DNA from: the human T2T-CHM13v2.0 reference genome, Homo sapiens | Assembly (NCBI RefSeq): GCF_009914755.1 | Contig: NC_060928.1 | DNA: 64,000 nucleotides | Strand: one strand, 5' to 3' | In this document: one piece after another, positions 43,263 to 55,464 of the stretch | How positions within the stretch are numbered: the first letter of the stretch is position 1 | Layout: every line of letters starts with the position of its first letter | The notes under the pieces: generated by a model | Seen by the model: only the letters and a program-made list of their open reading frames with translations | Database searches by the model: none | Told to the model about the DNA's origin: nothing | Translations under genes and position numbers: made by a program

Positions 43263-45711
43263 AGAGAATACAAGGCTTTGGATGCATTAATAATGCAATT
43301 ACTGAATAAATGCTAGGTTTGTGCATGTCCCCACAGTGGTCCAAAAAGTTTTAGGAAAGTTCAACCTACCTCAGGTCACCTCATCCACTAACTCTTGGTT
43401 TTGTTGATGCTTCCCCAGGGTATGTGTTGAGTCCCAAGGACATTTAAGAATATCTGCTGAGACAGCTAATGAGAAATAGTGTCCCCTGACAATCCGGAGA
43501 CAGAAGAATGATAGAAGAGATGAAAAGGGAGAAGAAACTAACAACTTGTGTTATGTGCAAGGCAGTTTTCTATCCACTGATTTTTAAATGTTGCTACATA
43601 ACTGCAAATGGTATATTATGAGATTAGGATATTGAAGTTCAGCAAATTTATGTGACCTGTCTGATGAGACTCAGAATTGCTGGTTAGTGATCACAACCTA
43701 CCACACATTGTGTTTGATATTCTCCGAGATCTTATTGCATCTTGACAACATCTCTTCTGATAGGATGGATGAAGCAAACAGGGAGAAATAGCAAAGACAG
43801 AATTTTAGAAAAAGTAAAAAATGAAGATTAGAAAAATAAAAAACTTAGATAATTATATTAACAGTATTTCAAAAAAATGCTTTCATTCACCTAAAATTTA
43901 AACTACTTCCATCATCCAAAATATTTGGAATACTTATAAGTACCAAGAAATAGTGATTGCCAATGTTTCTGTTATCATTATTAAGCGCAGCACACATTTA
44001 CATGGTAAATTGTGAACCTGAAGATTCTTCGAAGTTAAGAATCACTTTGCTCATTATATATATGAGAAAATGTAGGTTAAGAGAGGTTAAGTAGCTTGTT
44101 TATATTCACACAGCTAGTAAAGAAACCGCAAAGTTCTTATCTAGTCTGCCTGACTCCAGAGGTATTCTTGAACCTGACCAAATCAGAGGCAGGAGATCAA
44201 AGGAGGTGGGATAAGATTGGATAAGGCAGTGCTCTTGAAGAGCAAAGCCTGGCCAGTGGATTTTTGTGAATGCATTGGTTGTGGGAGACCCACAACCTCT
44301 TCCTTATCATCTATCATCCTACCCTCTGCTCAGTGAAAAGGAAATGTGGATTTATCACATTTCTGTATAGGTAAATTTAACAATTTTTGCCAGTTTTTCC
44401 CATTTGCGATACTGCACAAATTTTCCAGAAGAAATGAAAATGTATTTATTGTTATTCACCAGGTTTTTTGTTTTGTTTTGTTTTGTTTTCAGGCATTAAT
44501 ACTCCTGAGGTACAGCATCATTAGTGTGAGCTTTAATCCTCTCAGGTATTAAAAAAATTGTAACACCTGCAGATTTATTATAAGTATCATCAACAATGAA
44601 ATATTTGAGAGAGTTTATTTGATACCAGGCATTGGTCTAAGCACTTTAATTGATTTGATTAAAAAAAAAAAAACAGCTCTTTGCAACTGAGGCAAAGTGC
44701 TGTTAAATACATTCTTTAGAGACAAATAGATGGAAAACCCAGGTTGGTATTCAAAACCAGGAATTTGGCTCTGATGTTCTTGCTCCTTGCTCCCTGGCAG
44801 TTCTGCAGCTTTGTAAGATAGAGACAGCACAAGTAAAGGGTCTCAACATAGAGCTGTTTCATGAGAGGTAAGCGCTGCAGGAATAATGCTGCTCTCAGTG
44901 GGGGAACTTCCCCGATTTTCCCTAACAATTTTGTGAAAATCTTCCATTCTAAGTCATGTTCACCATTTGATCTTGGGCATTTTAATCACTCGCCCTTCCT
45001 GAATATCATTATTTTAAATTAAATTTAATTGTTTTTACCTGCAAAATAGAGCTAATAATACTGACAGTGGCCATGTGGAAATTATTGAGAATGAAATATT
45101 TTTCAGCCAAAATTCTTTGGGGAAACATATTATTAGTAGTATAATAATGATCAGTTACTTCTAGTCCTAAACACTGTGATTCCTACTTATTCTTTCTGAC
45201 CGTAGACCCCTTCTCACTTTGTTCCTTCACGAAGATTTTCAAATGACTGATTTTACAAGTTAAAGCCGGATACTTGTAAAATGAATAGTGACTCATTTTA
45301 CAACATAAAGCCCAGATTAAGCCATACCAACTTCTTCTCCAAAGGCCTCCAGTGCCTTCTGTGTTCTATAGACTCACTCTAACATCTCAGCCTGTCATTT
45401 AAGCCCTTTAATGATCTGATTCCAATTGACTTTTAAACTTCCTGTTTATCCCTTTGGCTCACCAACTAACATACTCCTGATACGGTATTTAGATGTTCTC
45501 TCTTCCTTGCCTTTGATAACACTCTTTCCTCCAACTAGACTGGCTTTTCCTTTTGTCCCTACTTGTCCAAATCCAGTGTAGAAAAGCCACTGAAAGAGAG
45601 GAGTCTAGATTCAAATTCCTGCTCTGCTGCTCACTATGTCAACTTGTACATGTGAGAACATCTTTGGTCCTCAGTCCCTAGCTTTTAAAATGAACAGTGA
45701 CTCACTGAGTT

Positions 45712-46000
45712 GTTTTTGTTGCTGTTTTGTTTTGTTTTCAGATAGTGTCTAGTCTGCTGCCCAGGATCGAGTGTAGTGGCATGATCAATCAACGCTCATT
45801 GCAGTTTCAACCTCCGGGCTCAAGCAATCTTCCAACATCAGCTTCCCAAGTAGCTAGGACCACAGGTGTGCACCACCATGCCATACTAATTTTTCCTTTT
45901 TGTAAAGATGCATTTTTGTCATATTTCCCAAGCTGGTCTCCAACTCCTGGGCTCAAATAACCCACCTGATGGGATTACAGGTGACAGTCACTGCGCCTAA
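45712..46000 (-). mobile_element. Diverged AluJ with left-arm deletion, inside a MIR
   Basis: CTCCGGGCTCAAGCAATCTTCC..; TSD CTCACTGAGTT at 45701-45711 and 46001-46011. Confidence 0.9.
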
Positions 46001-46279
46001 CTCACTGAGTTTTTATGAAGATTAAGTAATATTGTTTCTAGAATAGACTTAGAATATTGTTTCACACATAGCAGACACTAAATATTTACCCATGACAACA
46101 AAAACAATGATACTAATTATGCAAGATCCAATTCAGCAGATTCTTTCTCAATGAACCAGTCCATGATAACCATTCTAGTCTGATTGCACCCTCTCATGGA
46201 ATCCCTAACATTTTCTCTATGACTCTATAATGGCACTGAAAAACCCTTACTTTTTTTGCAGATATATTCATAGTCAGTT

Positions 46280-47085
46280 CATCAGTCAGTCAATCAGAAA
46301 ACAACAGTCGTTTAGGGAGCACCTATAATTGATTGCTACTTTGAACAATGAGGATACTGCAGAGAATAAGAGGCATAGAATTCCTCTGTATAACTGAAAA
46401 TATTTATTATGAGAAGGCCTCAATACCAAGAGAAATATAACTGGCTTCTAAATATTGAGAAGGAGTTATTTATATGAAAATCTGTGAAAAGAACATGCAA
46501 TATAGAGACATAGTAAGTACAAATGTCCTGAGTGAAGAACAAGCTTGGATGGTGTAATATAAATCATGTATAGTTTGGTAGAATAGCATGGGCATTATAT
46601 TTCCCCACAAAAGACTTTTCTTTTTGTGTTTCTTGTTGCATGGTGGTTAAAAAGCACGGTTTTGGGGTCAAAGGCCTAAATGCCTCTTTACTATCTATGT
46701 GACCTTGGCTAAGTTAATTGGCTTCTCTAAGTCTCAGGTTCATAATGTGAAAAAGTGACAAAATATTAATTGTAAGAATAATAGCTTACATTAGTTTAGT
46801 GCCTATTCTGTTCCAGATGTCATTAGTAAGAGCTGGCCTAAGAAAGCTTGACAGGGGCAGGATCATACATGGTCTTTCTGGTCATGGAAAAGACTTTGGA
46901 TTTTACTTCAATGGGAAGCCATCAAAAGATTTTATGTGGAGGACAAACATGATTAGGTATATAATGCAATAAAACCACTCTGGCTTCTAAGTGTGGAATG
47001 GCTTAGAGAATCTGGGAGAGCATGAGTAGGCTATTGCAGTGCTTTAGATGAAGAATGACTATGGCTTGCACTGAAGTGTTACTGC
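46280..47085 (-). mobile_element. L2 fragment, interrupted by a duplicated block at 46593-46823
   Basis: CAGTCAGTCAATC start; after the insertion GGAAAAGACTTTGGATTTTACTT..GGGAAGCCATCAAAAGATTTT. Confidence 0.7.
46593..46823 (+). repeat. ~230 bp direct copy of 47675-47904
   Basis: By-eye alignment: about 12 substitutions and 1 indel. Confidence 0.95.
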
Positions 47086-47719
47086 TAGATTTGACGCATT
47101 CATGGTTTTCCATTTTTCCTACCAGATTATAATGCAATATTTGATGCTTTTGAGTCTGCACACAAGACAACATACATTCAACTTTGCACATAGTAGGTAG
47201 GAATATTATCTTATAAATGAAGTAATGCATACTGTGGAAGCTAAAACTGGAAACACAGGTGAAAACGAGCAAGACATCTGCTCTTTCTTAAGATCAAAAT
47301 ATTCAAGAGACAGAAGGGAAAACAAACTACTCAGTAACTCTTAAGGGCTTCTATTTTTATCATTGCAAAAAATGCATGCACATCAAACATAAAATATGCT
47401 TGTCAGCAAATCTATCAGATTTTAAACTTTTTCACAGAGCAGCTGATTTATAAAGCAGTTGGTCTCGTGCCGTGAAGATGCTTAAATGACTGACTTTTGG
47501 CAAAGGCCATGAAAATAATCACATGAATTCTGCTGTCTTCCAAAGATCAAGTCTGCTTTATGCCAGCTTGGAGAGAAAATTAAACATATAGCTAGAAATT
47601 TGATATTCTCTAGGAAGTCTAAATTTAGTTGGAAAATATCCTGGGGTGAAGATATAAAAATCCATATTTCAACTCATCATATTTCCCCCCAAAAGACTTT
47701 TCTTTTTGTGTTTCTTGTT

Positions 47720-48120
47720 GCATGGTGGTTAAAAGCACAGTTTTGGGGTCAAAGGCCTAAATGCCTCTTTACTATCTATGTGACCTTGGCCAAGTTAATT
47801 GGCTTCTCTAAGTCTCAGGTCCATAATATGAAAAACTGACAAAATATTAATTGTAAGAATAATAGCTTACATTAGTTTAGCACATGCTCTGTTCCAGATG
47901 TCATCCTAATACTTTACATGTGTTAACTCCTTTCTAGTAACAATGATATTATGAGGGCTGTACTATAATGGACTATATTGGTTTCCCAAATGAGGAAGTC
48001 TAGGTACTGAGGCAAGAGGGGGTTATATCACTTGCTCAAGGCATTATACCCAGGAAGTGGCAGAGCCAAGACTTACATCCATGTTTAATAACTTGAAATT
48101 CTGAGATTTTGTCTACTGTA
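47720..48120. mobile_element. Back-to-back MIR fragments
   Basis: TGGTGGTTAAAAGCACAG..GTGACCTTGGCCAAGTTA; CACTTGCTCAAGGC..AGTGGCAGAGCCAAGA. Confidence 0.7.
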
Positions 48121-48327
48121 CTATATCCCTAATTTCTGCCTTTAGCCACTGCGTTTCACTGCTATGGAAAGATGCATACCACAAAATTCTTATAAGCATC
48201 CAGTGACATGTAAAATAATCAGAATTATGCCTAACATAGAATAAGTATTTAATAGTTACTTGTTTTTAAAATATAAAGAGCAAGAGTGAAGACATATATG
48301 CAACCACATACAGTAAAAACTTAGTAT

Positions 48328-49265
48328 TTTTAACCAATATTTATTGAGTACCTACTAGTCATTGTATTGTATTGAATACCCAAAACCCATTGTTTTGGGT
48401 GCTCTGATATGTCGTTGGACAAAACACATAAAGATGACCAACATTCTAACTAGAGAGGAAGAGTCACATAACAAACAATAATTATAACAAATAAGTAAAT
48501 TATGTTGTAAATTAGAATACAATAAGGGGCCATGGGAAAAACAGATAAAAAATCAGAATAGATGAAGGGAATGTTGAATGCCATGTTGGGTGGTGATGGT
48601 TGCTTGACATTGTTAATAAGGTAGCTGAAGTTGGGTTCATTGAGTGGGCGTGATTTGAGCAAAACTTGAAGGAGTTAAACAATGAGGCATTTAAATATCC
48701 GCAGAAAGACTAGCCTGGGCAGACAGATGAACCAGGACCAACGGCCTAAGCAGGAGTGTTGGAAAATAAAATAAAATAAAAGTATCTGAAGCCGAGTTAG
48801 CAAAGGACCCATAGCTGGTGAAGTCGGCGAGCAAATAGGGATCAGTCATGTAGTTTAAACACTTCGGCTATTATTTTTAGTAGAGTGGGAAGCCATTGCA
48901 AGAATGAGCAAAGAGCAGCAAAATCTGACCTAATGGTTAAGCACCCTGGCCGCTGTGCTGAGCATGGACAACAGGGAACTGGAGTACAAGCAGGGAAGTC
49001 TATTAGAGCAGTGCTCACCCCAATCTACTGAGATGATGGCAGCTCAGACCAGAGGGTCAGTAGGGAAAGTGGTGAGCAATGGCAGAATTCTGGATGCATT
49101 TTGAATATATTCTAAGTGCCAGAAGGAATCCCCCCAAAATTGAATATAGAATGTGAGAGAAAGAGACATCAATGGTGACAATAAAGTTTTTGTTCTGAGC
49201 ATCTGGAAGGAAGGAGTTGTTATCACCTGAGATGGGAAAGATCATGAGTACAGCAGGTTTGGGAG
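48328..49265 (-). mobile_element. L2a-like fragment
   Basis: AATATTTATTGAGTACCTACTA..GAGTGGGAAGCCATTGCA..TTCTGAGCATCTGGAAGGAAGGAGTTG. Confidence 0.78.
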
Positions 49266-49404
49266 AATTTTTATCTTTTATCCTCAACACTGTATCATAT
49301 CTGTCATAATACATAATAACAACAAAACTAACAGTAAAACCAAAATAATAAAGGCAGCTAACATCCATTAAATGCATATTAGGCTCATTTTGTTTTTTAA
49401 TATT

Positions 49405-50098
49405 TGTTGTCAGTCAACTAGACTGGATTTTGGGATGGCCAGATGGCTGGTGAAGCATTGTTTCTGGGTGTGTCTGTGAGGGAATTTTCAATGAGTCAGT
49501 GGGTTGAGGGAGGATGACTACCCCTCAGTGTGAATGTGCATCATCCAATCTACCATGGGTGCAGCTCTATTAATAGAACAATGCAGGCAAAAGAAGGAGG
49601 GCAGTAAGGTTGCTTAGCTTACTTTTTGTGTACTGTTCTCTGTCTTCCAGAGCAGTAAGTCTTTTTATCCTCCTGACCTTGGACAACAAACTCTAGGTTC
49701 TTTGACCTTTGGACTCTGGAACTTCTACCAGAAACCTTCCGGGGGCTCTCAGGCCCTCAGCCTCAGACTAGAAGTTGTCCTGTTACCTTTCCTGATTTTG
49801 AGGTTTTTGGAGTTGGACTGAGCCATGCTACTAGCTTCCTTGGGAGCCACGTTATGGGCTTCTCTCATTCTCCACCTTGCAATCGCGTCTCGTGGGACTT
49901 TGTAATCATGTGAGCCAGTTCTTCCTAATAAACTCCCTTTCTCACACACACACACACACACACACCCCACACACACACATGCACACACACACATGCACAC
50001 ACACACACAAATGTTTATATAAAAAGGGGGCAGAATTAATATATACACATGCACACTGTGTGTGTGTTTGTGTGTGTGTTCTCTGGAGAACCCTAATT
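49405..50098 (+). mobile_element. MLT2A/B-type (ERVL) LTR with internal CA/TG repeats
   Basis: GTCAACTAGACTGGATT..TGTTTCTGGGTGTGTCTGTGAGGG..TAATCATGTGAGCCAGTTC..CTCTGGAGAACCCTAA. Confidence 0.85.
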
Positions 50099-50703
50099 GA
50101 AACCTCATTCAATGCCATAATAAATCACATAGTTTTATTATCTTCATGTTTAGAGATAAGGAAACTAAGGCCAGTAAGATAAAGAAACTTACACACATAT
50201 TTTACAGCAAAGCCAAAATATAATGCAAAAAAAATTCTATTCCAAAGTCTGAAATCTTGACAACTATGATCAATAAATACACATATATAATCCTCTTACA
50301 TATTTCTAACTTCCTTCTGCTATTTCTTAGGTTCAAGTGCCTTCCTAATTCTATAACACATCTAATGTCATAGCTTCTTATCTGATATCTGTTCCTCTAA
50401 TTTTACCAACCTGCACATTTCCAAACTAATTATATCATTCCTTTGCTTAAATCCTCCAACACTTCCACATCATCTACAGACAAGAATAAAACCACCTTAC
50501 CAATTTACACAGATCCTGTGGCTGGCACAGTTGGGTACCCATATAACAACCAGTCTTTCCTAACTTTACTAACTATACCCCTATTTTGGCAATGTGCCCA
50601 GGCCCAGGAAACTAAGCTCATCATGGCATCTGCATTAATATTTACCTGTGACTAGTCTAGGGGTAAGCGTATATAATCCTGCTCTCACTATTGAAATAAG
50701 AGT

Positions 50704-50873
50704 AGAATTCTCGGATAAAATACCTAGTGCTCAGTTGAATCCTAATTTCAGATAAATAACTTTTTGTTAGTATAAGTATGTTGTGATTATTATCCTAAAC
50801 AGTATTATTGCTTAAGTGAAATTCAAATTTAACTGAGCATCTTGTATTTTTGTTTTCTAAATAGGTATCCCTA
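50704..50873. mobile_element. MER53-like palindromic hAT element, inside an old MLT1-type LTR (~50515-51222)
   Basis: GATAAAATAC..TTTCAGATAAA..TTAGTATAAGTATG..TGAAATTCAAATTTAACTGAGCATCTTGTATTTT..CCCTA. Confidence 0.75.
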
Positions 50874-51945
50874 AACAAAATGAAAAAAATCTACTGGGAG
50901 CTTCTGGAAATATTTTTTTCTCCTTTACAAAAAAAGGGGAGCTTAATGCAAGTCAGGAGCCTTTTCCTCCCATTCTCTCCCTCCGTATCTGGGACATTGT
51001 TCTGAGGGACTCTAAGAATGTTTGTTGCTATGGCAGCCATTGCAACAATGAGGGAAAAACCAAGAGAATGCCAGAGATTCAAACCCAGTGTTCTAATACT
51101 TTTGAGCTACTGAATCTGATCCAGGACAGCTTACCTTTGGACACTGACTAGAAACCTGTATTCCTTAAGTGCCTAAGGTTAGGTTAACTATTATTTGCCA
51201 CTGATGGCATCTTAAATGTTACAGACAGTTTATGATCTGGTCTCTATTTACATCTTAGTCCTACTTTTACCACCACCAACTGTGGGAATGTATCTTCCAG
51301 TCTTTTCAAATTATTTGTAATCCCTGAACAATGTCCTTTTACTCGAACTTTTACAAAAGATGTTCCCCTCTCCTAAAACATATCTTGATCCTCTGATAAT
51401 CTGTCTTTAAAATTAGTCATCATTTAAAATTATGATCAAAGGGTAATATTTCATTACCCTTTTTGAAATATTGTTTTAACAAATTAATATTTTTTATTAA
51501 ACTATTGACTAATTCCATTCATATTTGGTTTGGCAGGTACAATGTGTTAGGTGCTTCGTATAACATGTGGTAAATATGAATAGTGCTCTTGCCCTTAGTA
51601 AGCTTGCAATCTAAAGGAGTGCCCAGACCACAAACAAATAATTATGCTGGAATTTAAGTTCAACTGTGAAACATGTTAAAACAGAAAAGTATAGGAGGAT
51701 ATAAGAGAATAAACTAAGGTTAACTTCAAAGGGATTAAGAGGGTAAAACAAAGTTTCTCTGGAGAAGGAATATGTATACTAACATGTTAAGGGTCATTGG
51801 GAGTTAGCCAAAGGTGGAGTTGAAGAAAGAGAATTTCAGAGAGAGGACATATTATGTATAAAGGTCTTACAGGAGGAGGAGAAGATAGTTGCTTTCAATG
51901 CAATAGTGAAGGCCAGCATGTTAGGAGCCTGAAAATTGAGAGATG

Positions 51946-52420
51946 AAGATTGGTTTGCAGAAGAGCAGCCCCCAAAAGATGCCTATGCTCTAATCTCCAG
52001 CATCTGTGGCCATGCTAACTTTTTGGCAAAGAAACACCGTGCATGTGATTAAGTGAAGGTCAATGTTGGAATGAGGAGGTTATCCTGGACTATTCAAGCA
52101 GGCCCTATGGAATCACAGAGTCCTTATACAAGGCAGAAGAGGCAGAGCCAGAGAAGATGTGACACTGGAAGCAGATATCGGAAAGACATGATTACTGACT
52201 AAATGCCACATAGCAAGAAATATGGGGCCTCTAGAAACCGAAAAAGGCATGGTAATGAATTCTCCTCTAGAGCCTCCAGAAAGAACACAGCCCTTCCAAT
52301 CTTGATTTTGGCTTTGAGTACCATTTCAGACGTCTGGGTTCTAGAGCTGTAAGTTAACAAATTTGTGTTAAGGCACTAGATTTCTGGTTATTTTTATAAC
52401 AGTGATAGGAAACTAATAAG
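51946..52420 (+). mobile_element. MLT1C/D solo LTR
   Basis: CCCCCAAAAGATG..GGTTATCCTGGACTA..TTCTCCTCTAGAGCCTCCAGAAAGAACACAGCCC..ATAGGAAACTAATA. Confidence 0.85.
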
Positions 52421-52557
52421 CACGGTTATGAGATAAGGATACAGTGTGGGAAGAGTAATAAGGATGTGGACCTATCCATAGAGCCCAAGGAATCCTTTGA
52501 CAGGTTTGAAGCGGGGATGACCATAATGAGAAGTCTTATTAAAAAAGGCACTTTGGA

Positions 52558-52860
52558 GGCTGGACACAGTGGGTCACACCTGTAACCCCAGTGATTTGGG
52601 AGGCCAAGGCAGGGGAATCACTTGAGGCCAACAGTTCAAGACCAGTCTGGGCAACGTAGCAAGACTCCTTCTCTACAAGACATTTAAAAATTAACTGGGG
52701 ATGGTGTCTTATGCTTATAATCCCAGTTACTCAGAAGGCTGAGGTGAGAGGATCACTTGAGCCTGGGAGGTCGAAGCTGTTGTGAGCTAGGATTGCACCA
52801 CTGTACTCCAACCTGGATGACAGAGCAAGACCCTGTCTCCCTCCCCCGATAAAAAAGAAA
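52558..52860 (+). mobile_element. Alu (AluJ-type)
   Basis: CACTTGAGGCCA..GAGGATCACTTGAGCCTGGGAGGTCGAAGCTG. Confidence 0.93.
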
Positions 52861-53457
52861 TTCTAGAATGGATATAACATGTAGTAGAAGAGCATAAGAG
52901 TGGATGACTGGATCCTGAGAAACCCCTTACAAAGGCATCAAGGTGGTCCATGCCAGAAGTGATGGTAACTTGGTGTGGCAGTGGTGATATAGAGAGGTGA
53001 TTACAGTTGAGAGCTCTTTTAGGGCTATAATTAACTGAATTTGAAAACCTAATATGGAGAGTAATGGAGAAGGAGGTGTTATGTCTGGTTTTCAGTTTTC
53101 TGGCTTAAGGAAATAGGTGAATGGAAAAAGAAAAGAAGAAAGATAAAAATATGGAAGGAGTTTGGAGAACTAATAAATAAAAGGTGGCTAGACTTGCTAC
53201 TTTTGGAAAGAGAGAAAGGTATTCAGAGCAAGGTCTGGATGAGAGGCTTAGTGGAGATGGTGAGATGAACTTTCTTAATTTGGACAGAAATGTGAGACAG
53301 TCTCAGAAAAAAATGTTCAACAGGAACCTAGATAAATGGGTCTGGATGTTAGAAGATGCATCAAGTCTGAAGCATAGGTTTGAAATATCTTGGAAAATGG
53401 ATGGCATTTGAAACCATGGAAGTAGGTGGCACCACCTAAGTGGGAAATACAGAGTGA

Positions 53458-53805
<348 letters not shown>

Positions 53806-53835
53806 TGAGGACACCAAAATTTAAGCTCGTGTAGA

Positions 53836-54058
53836 ACTGGGGTAGGTGCATTGTAGCCCGTCGGCCAAATCCAGACTGCTGCCTAGTTTAGACGTAAAGA
53901 TTTACTGGAAAACAGCATCATTCATCTGTTTACGTATTATCTATGGCTGCTTTTGCCCTACAATGGAAGAATTGAGTAGTTCCCACAGAAATCTTATGGT
54001 GCACAAAGCTTAAAATATTTACTATCTGACTTTTTAAAGAAAAATTTGTTGACTACTG
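53836..54058 (-). mobile_element. MER58A-like
   Basis: GGCCAAATCCAG..TCTATGGCTGCTTT..ATTGAGTAGTT..AAAATATTTACTATCTG. Confidence 0.82.
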
Positions 54059-54464
54059 ATATAGATGAGGAATAAACAGAAAATTTAAGAATGCTCAGAT
54101 AATAAAATAAAACTCTGCTATTTTACTGGTCTTTATTTTAGAATTACTCATTTCTCATTCCATTATTCTAAAAGCACTTTTTAGATATGAATATTATTGG
54201 TCACTTTATTCTAATTATTTTATTACATGTCTCTTTTCAATTGATCATGAGCTTCTTAGGGCAGAGCTTCCACTTTGTTTCCATGTGCATCCACAGCAAG
54301 GGTCCCCAACTGGTCCGTGGCCTGTTAGGATCTGGACTGCACATCAGGAAGTGAGCCACAGTTGAACAAGTAAAGACTGTATTTACAGCCACTCTCCATT
54401 GCTCATATTACCACCTGAGCGCTGCCTCCTGTTAGATCAGCCAGCAGTGACACTAGACTCATAG

Positions 54465-55464
54465 TGGAGCTGCCTGCCAGTCCCAGTGCAGGATCCACTG
54501 GGTGAAGCCAGCTGGGCTCCTGAGTCTGGTGGGGATGTGGAGAACCTTTATGTCTAGCCCAGGGATTGTAAATACACCAATCGGCACTCTGTATCTAGCT
54601 CAAGGTTTGTAAACACACCAATCAGCACCCTGGGTCTAGCTCAGGGTTTGTGAATGCACCAATCGACACTCTGTATCTGGCTACTCTGGTGGGGCCTTGG
54701 AGAACCTATATGTCTAGCTCAGGGATTGTAAATACACCAATCGGCACTCTGTATCTAGCTCAAGGTTTGTAAATACACCAATCAGCACCCTATGTCTAGC
54801 TCAGGGTTTGTGAATGCACCAATCGACACTCTGTATCTAGCTACTCTGGTGGGGCCTTGGAGAACCTTTGTGTCGACACTCTGTATCCAGCTAATCTGGT
54901 GGGGACGTGAAGAACCTTTGTGTCTAGCTCAGGGATTGTAAACGCACCAATCAGTGCCCTGTCAAAACAGACCACTCGGCTCTACCAATCAGCAGGATGT
55001 GGGTGGGGCCAGATAAAAGAATAAAAGCAGGCTGCCCCAGCCAGCAGTGGCAACCTGCTCGGGTCCCGTTCCACACTGTGGAAGCTTTGTTCTTTCGCTC
55101 TTTGCAATAAATCTTGCTACTGCTCACTCTTTGGGTCCACACTGCTTTTATGAGCTGTAACACTCACCGCAAAGGTCTGCAGCTTCACTCCTGAAGCAAG
55201 CGAGACCACGAGCCCACCAGGAGGAACGAACAACTCCAGATGCACTGCCTTAAGAGCTGTAACACTCACGGCGAAGGTCTGCAGCTTCACTCCTCAGCCA
55301 GCGAGACCACAAACCCACCAGAAGGAAGAAACTCCAAACACATCAGAACATCAGAAGGAACAAACTCCAGACACGCCACCTTCAGAGCTGTAACACTCAC
55401 CATGAGGGTCTGCAGCTTCATTCTTGAAGTCAGTGAGACCAAGAACCCACCAATTCTGGACACA
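54465..55464 (+). mobile_element. ERV9 solo LTR (LTR12C-like), 5'-truncated
   Basis: CACCAATC..TCTAGCTCA repeats, GAGCTGTAACACTCAC repeats, end CCAATTCTGGACACA; 4 bp TSD ATAG. Confidence 0.95.
54525..55030 (+). promoter_or_regulatory. LTR12 U3 enhancer/promoter with 8 CCAAT boxes
   Basis: CCAAT at ~54577, 54618, 54659, 54737, 54778, 54819, 54947, 54985, then GGGTGGGG, GATAA and AATAAAA; LTR12 U3 is an established NF-Y-dependent promoter, activity at this copy unknown. Confidence 0.6.

Noticed and set aside
50704-50873. MER53 as a possible miR-1302-like hairpin
   Set aside because: The copy is diverged and lacks the central palindrome, so the stem is poor.
54525-54960. Regularly spaced ~40 bp repeats resembling a CRISPR array
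   Set aside because: They are LTR12 U3 CCAAT repeats with no unique spacers and no cas genes, in eukaryotic DNA.
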